Positions 56,840-64,000 of a stretch of 64,000 nt of DNA are shown piece by piece (within the stretch, counting starts at the first letter, position 1; each line of letters opens with the position of its first letter). Below the pieces are notes generated by a model that was not told the origin of the DNA, did not search any database, and was given only the letters and a program-made list of their open reading frames with translations. This DNA comes from a virus, in IMG/VR virus record IMGVR_UViG_3300000095_000001, one strand, 5' to 3'. The translations under genes were made by a program, and so were the position numbers.

Positions 56840-58051
56840 TTAAACCTTTACTTTTGAATTAGTTGTTTTGAAACCGAACTTTTGTCTTTGTCTAAGATTT
56901 TTAGCAATCTGACCGTTAGTAGCTTTAGGAGGTAATTTAGCAGTTGGCCCACCAGTAATAGTTCTACCTACTTTAGCAACTGTACTGCCTAAAGACTTAA
57001 ATTTACCTCTAGTAGCATTTCCAATCTTGCTAGCAAACTGACTTCCAATCTGACCTACTGATTTACCAGTAACATTTCTATTTCTAAGTTGTTTAAATGC
57101 TCCAGAAATAGCTTGTCGATAACCAAATTCAGCAGTGTAGCCTTGTCCAGTATAGAACATTACTATATCATTAGAAGAACTAAATCTTCGAGCAGGGGCA
57201 GTAGGTCTAGCAGCAGTAACCGGAGAAGTAGGTTGAGTTTCTTCTTCAGGTGGCATACCTAAAAACATATCTCCTAATCTAACACTTAAATCTTCAATAG
57301 CAGCTTGAATAACTTCTGAAGGGTCTTGAATTCCCATTGAAGCCATTTCTTCTTCATCTATTTCATTAGCACTTTCTATTACTTCTAGAAATGCAGTAAA
57401 GACTTTAAGAGCTTCTTCCCTTTGCTGTTCTATTGTTTGAGAGGCACTCATTGCTTCATCAATAGATAATGCGTAGTTACTCTCTTTAGGCAATAATAGA
57501 TAATTTTTCTTGTTTCGTTTCATGTTGCCTTTTCTTTGATTTTGATTCTGGTAGCTAAACAAAGTAGCGTTAGCAATAGCAGGTAAAGCAACCAATGAAA
57601 GTTCTTTAATAGAAAAAGAATCTAAGTCAATGCCTGCACTTACAGATTTAGCTAAACCTTGATTCATCTTCTCAATAATTTCAGAAGATTTAATCTTTAC
57701 ATCATTTACAAATACTCCAATTCTTCCTAATAAATGTTTTAGTTTTGGATTGCCTTTAGTATAATCCTCAGTAATAACTTTGGCTTCTAAAGGACTTTCA
57801 ATAAACCCAACTACATTATTAACATTTTTTTGATGTTCTGTAAGAACTGGAATTCCCAACTCAGTAGTTTCAAAGTGCTTGTTAGTATTTTCTACTAACT
57901 TAATAACTTTATCTGGTGGGAAATCATGAGCAACTTTTCTACTATCTACATGAGGACTTTCATCAGTAGTAGAGTAAAATATCAGACCTTTTTTAATAGT
58001 TTCGTTTGCGGTATCTTTTAGAGGTAACGCATTAAAATGGATTGTTGTCAT
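56840..58051 (-). CDS. Prohead protease with scaffold-like and basic C-terminal extensions
   Basis: PVLTEH, VVGFI, KSVSAGID, KELSLVALPAIANA. Confidence 0.75.
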   Translation of the reverse strand: MTTIHFNALPLKDTANETIKKGLIFYSTTDESPHVDSRKVAHDFPPDKVIKLVENTNKHFETTELGIPVLTEHQKNVNNVVGFIESPLEAKVITEDYTKGNPKLKHLLGRIGVFVNDVKIKSSEIIEKMNQGLAKSVSAGIDLDSFSIKELSLVALPAIANATLFSYQNQNQRKGNMKRNKKNYLLLPKESNYALSIDEAMSASQTIEQQREEALKVFTAFLEVIESANEIDEEEMASMGIQDPSEVIQAAIEDLSVRLGDMFLGMPPEEETQPTSPVTAARPTAPARRFSSSNDIVMFYTGQGYTAEFGYRQAISGAFKQLRNRNVTGKSVGQIGSQFASKIGNATRGKFKSLGSTVAKVGRTITGGPTAKLPPKATNGQIAKNLRQRQKFGFKTTNSKVKV

Positions 58052-58118
58052 AGTTTCTTTATATCATTTAATTTCATGCTACTATATTTTTATACTTTGG
58101 TAATTCTTATAGAGAATA

Positions 58119-58325
58119 ATGTCTCATCTAAATATAAACGAAAGATTTGGTAACAAGTTAAAAGAATATCGCTACAAACACAATATGTCTCAATATGCTT
58201 TAGGAAAATTGCTTAGCTATACTCAAGCAGAAATATCTAAAGTAGAAAACGGAAAAAGAGATATCAGTATTAGTAAGTTTGTCTATATTAAAACTGTTTT
58301 AGATTTAATAGATTTTAGTATTTAA
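58119..58325 (+). CDS. XRE-family HTH regulator
   Basis: FG.KLKE.R....MSQ..LG..L..TQ..ISKVE.GKR.I. Confidence 0.85.
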   Translation: MSHLNINERFGNKLKEYRYKHNMSQYALGKLLSYTQAEISKVENGKRDISISKFVYIKTVLDLIDFSI

Positions 58326-59407
58326 CTTTTAACTAAAAACTTTTCTAATAATTCTAATGTTCTTTTAGAAGTTGGGGTTTGACCGTTCATGTATGCGGGT
58401 AAAAAATGAGCATGAACTTTAGTTAAATTCTCGGGTGTATATTCAGGTCGTTTATTCTGTTTGATAGCTTCTGCAATATCATTCTGCCTCATTAATTCAC
58501 GATACTCCTTACCTGCTCCTGGGCCAAGGACAATATTATTTCTTTCTAGTGAAGGAATGGCTATTCTCCCATCTCTAACAGGTATAGCTTGAGCAAACAT
58601 ATCATCACTATGAATAAGTTTCATAGTAGGAACAATCTCATCTACTATCCCATAATCAGGACTTCCCATAGAAAATACCTTCATAAGTTTCTTATCTACT
58701 CCTGCTGCATCTAATATGTGAGGAATATCTCTTCCTTGAAAACCTCCTGCACTATGAGTAATTAAATTAATAGGTTTAGTAGGATTAAGTTTGTGCCATT
58801 TATAAATTTCTTTAGCCATTAACGCAGAATCCATATTGTACCCTTGAACAGCAGCTTTATCAAAAGCATCAATAATCTTTTGAGCTTCTCCTAAAGGTGA
58901 ACGACCTACTACTTGAACGTTGTGATACAAAGGAATAAACTCATGTGTTTTATCTAATTTTTGACTTCGAGTAACCATTTTTGTAGTTCTCATTAGTTTT
59001 TCTCCAGAAACAACCGCTCTATCTTCTAGTCCACCTAAAAAGAAAGTAAGAGATTCTTTACTGTCTTCTATCTTCCTAGGTGCAATATATGCTTTAGCTT
59101 CTTTAGGTAACTTCATATCTAATGGGAAGTTATTAGAGCCAATATCTTTTCCAAACTTAACTAGATTCTTGTTATACCTCAACTTAACTACAGCAGCTCC
59201 AGCCAGTCCTACTCCTAATATGCCTCCTAGTGTAGCTAAACTTCCAACAGCAACTTTCTTAGCTAAATCATTTTTGACGTTAACTTCTTGATTTCTGTCA
59301 AATGCTCTAACTACTTTACCGTTTCTAACAAAGCTCTTTACTTTTACATCTTTTTTAGTCTTTTGTACTTGACCTGCAAACGTAATAAACGTATCTCTTA
59401 TCTCCAT
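58322..59407 (-). CDS. Membrane-anchored alpha/beta hydrolase (lipase/esterase-like) with internal-protein leader
   Basis: FLGG oxyanion-like loop, THSAGG nucleophile elbow, SMGSP, DD, terminal H; N-terminal ITF/A and G/A helix. Confidence 0.7.
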   Translation of the reverse strand: MEIRDTFITFAGQVQKTKKDVKVKSFVRNGKVVRAFDRNQEVNVKNDLAKKVAVGSLATLGGILGVGLAGAAVVKLRYNKNLVKFGKDIGSNNFPLDMKLPKEAKAYIAPRKIEDSKESLTFFLGGLEDRAVVSGEKLMRTTKMVTRSQKLDKTHEFIPLYHNVQVVGRSPLGEAQKIIDAFDKAAVQGYNMDSALMAKEIYKWHKLNPTKPINLITHSAGGFQGRDIPHILDAAGVDKKLMKVFSMGSPDYGIVDEIVPTMKLIHSDDMFAQAIPVRDGRIAIPSLERNNIVLGPGAGKEYRELMRQNDIAEAIKQNKRPEYTPENLTKVHAHFLPAYMNGQTPTSKRTLELLEKFLVKS

Positions 59408-62400
59408 AGAACAAAGTCTCTTATATCTGGTAATAACAATATCTTCTCAGACATCTCTTTACTTATAATACTATCATCTCCGTATTGAGAGAACTTAATA
59501 GAACTATCTGCTATACTCACATCAAAGTTACTTAGCTTAGATAACATCTCTTCAGTTTCTTCTAAGTAAGATTGGTAGGTATTCCTAATTGTCACTACAT
59601 TACTTACTTCTTCGTATTTCTTCTTGATGTCTGCTAGTTGTTTTTTATCCCACAGACCTCGACTGTAAGAATAACCACTATCTACCTTACTCTGAATCTC
59701 TGACCTATATAAGTTAACAAAGTTATCTAACTCAGTATCATTACTAGGTAATTTCCCTAACTCTTCGGATATAACCTTCTGCTGCTCTATTACTTTCTTT
59801 ATATAAGTCTCTTGAGTATCTATTAGAAGTGTCCTATCTACATTACTTCCACTACTAAGTCTAGATGTACTAATAGACCGAATAGTTTCTTTAGTAGTAG
59901 ATAAGTTATTGAGCTCTCTCTTTACTTCATCTATATTACTTACTACTTTATCTAATGTCCTGATATTAGGAACAGTTAAGGTACTTGTTTCTAATGTCCT
60001 GTACTTATTAACTAATTCAGTAGCTTTCTGTCTAGTATCTATTCCATCTAGTGTAGAATCTAATACCTTACTCTCAATACTTACTTTATCTAATAATCCT
60101 TTCTTCTCTAATGCAAGGTTATCACGTATATTTTTTAGCTGAGCATTAGTAAAGGTCAAAGCATTTCTACTTCTAACACTACTTAACGCATCTTCTAAAC
60201 TTACATTAGAAGGTAAGCTATCTCTATTTCGTAATATCTGTCTATTAGCATCAACTGATATCTGTGACTGAACATTATTTACTGTACTCTTAAGGTTACG
60301 TGTACTACTTAGATGTTTAGTCATAAGGTTGTTATATTTATCTCTTGCAGTTATATAGGACTTATAAGTAGCTTGTCTAGTCTCTAATGGAACTGACTTG
60401 TCATACATAATACTTCTCAACCTATAATACTCATCTCTTGCAGTAATAACGGGTCTTAAGTCCTGAACATACTCAGGTATTTCATCTACTACTTGGTTAA
60501 ATGTCTGCTTCTTAGTAGATAAGGTTACATAAGGCTTATTGCTAACTACTTCATCTATATCATCTACTACCTCTACTACTTCAGGTTCTATATTGGTAGG
60601 TAATTTCAGAGGTATGCGTAAGAGAGTCTTAGTAGTATCTTCTACTGCTTTAAAAGCCTCATTACTAACATCTAAAACTTCTTTAGTATCTTGTATCTGT
60701 TTTTCCGTGAGTTTAAGAGGTAATTTAACTATTGGCCTACCTAATACATTATTAACTGCATTACTAACATTAGTAGTAACATTCTGAACTACTTCCTTTA
60801 CCCCTTCTACTATCTTAGGTACTCGTATCTTATTTCTACCAAATTTACTGTAAGCTAGATAAGCTCCTGCGACTGATAGCAATCCAACTCCAGATAATAT
60901 AAGAGAGTCATCAATGCTAGGTACTAACCCTGTCTTTCCACCTTCATCATCTACTCCAACTAAATAACACCAACAAGAGACATGAAAAGGAGGAGCAATA
61001 GAGTATTTACCTTCTACTTCTCCGTATTTAGTAGATACTTTATCTTGATATAAGGACTTGATATCTAATGGAGGTTCCTTTGCTCTACCTACACAATGAG
61101 CGCATAAGATAGGCATATATTGTTCGCTGTTCTTAGCTCTATAAGCTTTAGGAATATTTCCAAAACTAGATAAAGCTCTTTGCCTATTAACTACATTCTC
61201 AGCTTCATTAGTTATCTTTACTCGTGTATAACCTAATTCTTCTAGTTTCTTGAGACGACCAATGTTATAAGCTACTGATATCTCAGTTTCAGCTATTCTC
61301 TTTATTCTATTTAAATTAGTGTTATCTACTAACAAACTCTCTAATTCTTCTCTTGTCCTGTACTTATTAGCTTTATTATCCCAAGCACCTTCAACATATT
61401 CACTTCCTTTCTTAGCAGGATGAGTCTCTCTATATTTAATAGAATCAACAATAGGTTTAATAGAGTTGCTGTACTTAGTTACTTTATTATTTAACTCACT
61501 TACCAACTGATTAACTAAGTCTTCAAATAGAGTACCTTTACTACTTCTCTTAATGTTAGTTAGTTCTTTCTTACTAGATTCCCTACTAATGTACTCATAG
61601 ACAGACTTGTCGCTTTTACCTAGATTACTAATCAATGACTTTAGGTTATCTGCTGCGTTTCGGTCTTTAGTAGATAACTTGTCCTTACTTCTAATGAGAC
61701 TCTTAATTCTAGCTTGTTCATCTTTGTTACTTCTGCTAGTAGTAGACTTAGTTAATGAGTCAAATAAAGTGGATTCTCTATTACTAGGTCTTATACCTTC
61801 ATTACTTCCAAAATACCTTTTAATAGAATCTACAATACCTCTCTTGTAACCACCTGCAAAACTTTTACCTAATAGTAAAGTCCTCTTATTCTGGTAGATA
61901 GTTCCAAAGTCACTTGAGTTAAGAATATCTATACTATCTTCTTTACTAGATGTAGTTGTACTTGACTTACTTACCTCATCTATCTTTACTTCCATTACTC
62001 GAATAGTTTCTTGCAAATCACGAATTCTAACCGCAATAGATCTAAACTGTTTAGGTACTGAGTTAGGCTTCTTCTCATTAACTTGTCCTAAGAACTGCTG
62101 AAGCTCATTACTATAGTTCTTAAGAGTATTTCTAATGTCTCTTATACTATCTTCCTCAGGAGTACCCTTACTTAATTCAGTATTTAACCTCTTCTGCTCT
62201 CTTATTACCTTCTTATTAATACTTTGTAGTCTTCTCTTCTCTTCATTTAGTTCTACTATCTTCTGAGCGGGATTATCGTTAGCAGCAAAAGTAATTAAAC
62301 TATTTTCCTTACTAAACTTGCTGGACTTCCTCTTCTCATCGTTAATACAATCTTTCTGACCTAATAGCCAGTGATAGTTCCATAACTCATCTAATTGGTT

Positions 62401-62616
62401 CTTTACTAATAGAGCAGGAGAAGATAAATTCTTTTCTATATCAGATATTACTGACTTATCTAACTCATCTAACTTCTTCTTATAAGGAGTAAGAAATATC
62501 TTATTGAAGTCATATAGTTTATCTTCTACTCTACTAACAAAGTCTTCAACGTATTTTGTATTGAGACTAGAGAAAGATTTCTTATTATCAGCTTTTTTTA
62601 TCAATCTAGTTGTCAT
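59398..62616 (-). CDS. MuF / SPP1 gp7-like head morphogenesis protein with TM helix and long C-terminal extension
   Basis: RIAETE...YN.G, C.HC, PPFHVSCWC, then SGVGLLSVAGAYLAY and about 480 further aa. Confidence 0.75.
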   Translation of the reverse strand: MTTRLIKKADNKKSFSSLNTKYVEDFVSRVEDKLYDFNKIFLTPYKKKLDELDKSVISDIEKNLSSPALLVKNQLDELWNYHWLLGQKDCINDEKRKSSKFSKENSLITFAANDNPAQKIVELNEEKRRLQSINKKVIREQKRLNTELSKGTPEEDSIRDIRNTLKNYSNELQQFLGQVNEKKPNSVPKQFRSIAVRIRDLQETIRVMEVKIDEVSKSSTTTSSKEDSIDILNSSDFGTIYQNKRTLLLGKSFAGGYKRGIVDSIKRYFGSNEGIRPSNRESTLFDSLTKSTTSRSNKDEQARIKSLIRSKDKLSTKDRNAADNLKSLISNLGKSDKSVYEYISRESSKKELTNIKRSSKGTLFEDLVNQLVSELNNKVTKYSNSIKPIVDSIKYRETHPAKKGSEYVEGAWDNKANKYRTREELESLLVDNTNLNRIKRIAETEISVAYNIGRLKKLEELGYTRVKITNEAENVVNRQRALSSFGNIPKAYRAKNSEQYMPILCAHCVGRAKEPPLDIKSLYQDKVSTKYGEVEGKYSIAPPFHVSCWCYLVGVDDEGGKTGLVPSIDDSLILSGVGLLSVAGAYLAYSKFGRNKIRVPKIVEGVKEVVQNVTTNVSNAVNNVLGRPIVKLPLKLTEKQIQDTKEVLDVSNEAFKAVEDTTKTLLRIPLKLPTNIEPEVVEVVDDIDEVVSNKPYVTLSTKKQTFNQVVDEIPEYVQDLRPVITARDEYYRLRSIMYDKSVPLETRQATYKSYITARDKYNNLMTKHLSSTRNLKSTVNNVQSQISVDANRQILRNRDSLPSNVSLEDALSSVRSRNALTFTNAQLKNIRDNLALEKKGLLDKVSIESKVLDSTLDGIDTRQKATELVNKYRTLETSTLTVPNIRTLDKVVSNIDEVKRELNNLSTTKETIRSISTSRLSSGSNVDRTLLIDTQETYIKKVIEQQKVISEELGKLPSNDTELDNFVNLYRSEIQSKVDSGYSYSRGLWDKKQLADIKKKYEEVSNVVTIRNTYQSYLEETEEMLSKLSNFDVSIADSSIKFSQYGDDSIISKEMSEKILLLPDIRDFVLWR

Positions 62617-62638
62617 ATATAAATTTACTAACTATAAT
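62610..62638 (+). promoter_or_regulatory. Sigma70-type promoter for the HU-like gene
   Basis: TTGTCA (62610-15), 17 nt, TATAAT (62633-38); the -35 box overlaps the MuF start codon on the other strand. Confidence 0.75.
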
Positions 62639-62671
62639 GTTGAGTATAATGTTTTTTTGATTTGCAAGAGA

Positions 62672-63022
62672 ATGAATTTTCAGAAAGTTACAAAAGAAGA
62701 ATTGGTAGAACGAGTCAGAGATGAAGTTAAAAGCCGAGGAGGTACTTTACTGTCCAAAGTCTTAACTGCTAAGATTTTTGATATTGTATTTGAAGTAGTA
62801 GTTTCCTTTATCGAAGAAGGTAAAGAAGTTACAATGCCTGGTCTTGGTGTCTTAGGTCATAAAACTGTCCCAACTACTAAACGCCGAGATATTGGTAGAA
62901 ACAGCTTTATTACAGTAGAAGGCTATTACCGTCCAAAATTAAGACTGAATGATGCTTTACGTAAGAGATGTATTAATAGAAAATATACCTTTAACGAACC
63001 TCAAGTAAGGACAATAGATTAG
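62672..63022 (+). CDS. HU/IHF-like DNA-binding protein
   Basis: TK.EL...V, G.EV...GLG........RR.IG..S.IT....Y.P; start moved to MNFQK downstream of the promoter. Confidence 0.85.
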   Translation: MNFQKVTKEELVERVRDEVKSRGGTLLSKVLTAKIFDIVFEVVVSFIEEGKEVTMPGLGVLGHKTVPTTKRRDIGRNSFITVEGYYRPKLRLNDALRKRCINRKYTFNEPQVRTID

Positions 63023-64000
63023 TAGAAAATAGAACGTCCAGTTGACCTAGCAAAGTCTGAACTAGGACTTCTACTACCGAAAATAGAACGAGAAGCAGAG
63101 GAAGTATCAGCAAAGATATTTCTTCTTTCTTTTATGTGTTCGGGAACTTCCATCATCACCTCAGTAGTATCCACAACTCTTTCATTTCTTTCTAACCAAA
63201 GTATTCCGTAGCAGAAAGCATCCATCACGTCATCGTTGCGACAAAGTGGAAAAGTAGTTAATTGGTCTTTAAGAGTAACTATCTTCTCGCAAGCTTCTTT
63301 AGTAGGGAAATATACCTTGCCATCTCGAAATGCAGGAATAGTAGCTTTAAGTCTAGCTTCTTTTTGGTTGCCGTAATCTTTAGGTTCAAGAGCAATAAAA
63401 CCAGGGTATTCTTTGGATAAGGTAGCTACTAGAGCAGGCCCCATACTTTTCTTTTCTACTAACTTGTGTCGGCAATTTGGATATTTAGTTAGAAGATTTT
63501 TTACTTCTAGTAGTTGGTCTTCAAATCTAAGTTTCTTTTCTACTACATCTACTACATAATACTTATTCTCATAAATACCAAAGACTACAATTCCGGTATA
63601 ACAAGCATCATCCTCGACTGATTCAGCTAAATCTGCTGCTAAAACATAAGATTCATAAGGTGGAGAATGAACATACTCTTTAAAATGTTTGGAATTAATT
63701 ACATTACCACCAGTACCTTTTACGTTTTGTTGGCATTGTCTTTCAAATTCCAAACCTCCCATTTCTTTTTCGAGTTGAACTACGTCATCAGAACTAAGTA
63801 ACTCTGGTACAAGTATTTCTCCTGGTTTTTTTCTCCAATCTTTAAAACCTAATTTAGTATGGCTTTCAGAAACACCAGTAAATAGAAGAGGTAAAACTAA
63901 TCTATCAAATCCACCTAGTTCTTCTAAAAACCCAGAACAGTCATCTTCAGCTAGTTTCTGCTGAATAAGAATAATAACTTTTTCACCTGTTCTATTTAAA
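63019..64000 (-). CDS. terL: Terminase large subunit, C-terminal part (runs off the window)
   Basis: Frame open past the window end (IILIQQKLAEDD); ADLA..DD..YT, VEKKSMG, K.AR, FP...NDDVMDA nuclease motifs. Confidence 0.9.
   Translation of the reverse strand, partial: LNRTGEKVIILIQQKLAEDDCSGFLEELGGFDRLVLPLLFTGVSESHTKLGFKDWRKKPGEILVPELLSSDDVVQLEKEMGGLEFERQCQQNVKGTGGNVINSKHFKEYVHSPPYESYVLAADLAESVEDDACYTGIVVFGIYENKYYVVDVVEKKLRFEDQLLEVKNLLTKYPNCRHKLVEKKSMGPALVATLSKEYPGFIALEPKDYGNQKEARLKATIPAFRDGKVYFPTKEACEKIVTLKDQLTTFPLCRNDDVMDAFCYGILWLERNERVVDTTEVMMEVPEHIKERRNIFADTSSASRSIFGSRSPSSDFARSTGRSIFY

Noticed and set aside
3469-61849. Short track ORFs lying inside longer genes (3469, 15726, 19006, 25904, 28557, 29571, 31009, 31891, 34843, 38686, 39835, 50814, 51283, 59288, 59909, 60539, 61607)
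   Set aside because: Almost all are antisense shadows of long genes, with the S/L/F-rich composition expected from reversed coiled-coil codons, and none has a recognisable motif
62504-63762. Track starts for HU (62504) and TerL (63762)
   Set aside because: The HU extension overlaps MuF and lies upstream of the promoter; the TerL frame stays open to the window edge
1-64000. Genome-wide TAG recoding, suggested by the TAG in the SLOG gene and in-frame TAG-ATG junctions at 2965-2970 and 30960-30965
   Set aside because: The 3118-aa, 1072-aa and 1011-aa genes have no internal TAG, TAG ends many genes cleanly, and no CTA-anticodon tRNA was found in the window
1-64000. CRISPR array, IS element, integrase, intron or intein
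   Set aside because: No regularly spaced DNA repeats and no transposase, recombinase or splicing motifs noticed by eye

Overview
The window is a 64-kb piece of an AT-rich tailed-phage genome, most likely a large long-tailed siphovirus. The host is inferred to be a cyanobacterium from cyanobacterial-type HigA, HicB-tail and C39 peptidase sequences. The + strand from 1 to about 14.5 kb is an early/accessory region. It holds about 12 copies of a HicB-antitoxin-like domain over six ORFs, a SLOG/YspA gene with an amber stop, an N6-adenine methylase, DUF4326, a RelA/SpoT-type HD hydrolase, thyX, an orphan HigA, a sulfotransferase-GT2 fusion, a ferritin-like protein and two non-canonical tRNAs behind a sigma70 promoter. 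The portal gene sits inverted inside this region. The - strand from 14.5 to 64 kb is the morphogenesis module: partial TerL, MuF, prohead protease, scaffold, decoration protein, major capsid, lysis cassette, head-tail joining, tail tube, chaperone with a -1 frameshift, a 3118-aa tape measure, and tail tip/fibres. Several + strand islands interrupt it. The strongest leads are (1) a triple-PAS sensor fused to a membrane anchor inside the lysis cassette, (2) the HicB-like domain array plus orphan antitoxins as a possible anti-toxin-antitoxin arsenal, and (3) a family of basic glycine-zipper virion proteins sharing an x-[NDET]-F/[ASG] putative maturation motif. All domain calls come from motif recognition by eye; no database search was run. 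Several single-base lesions may be assembly errors.
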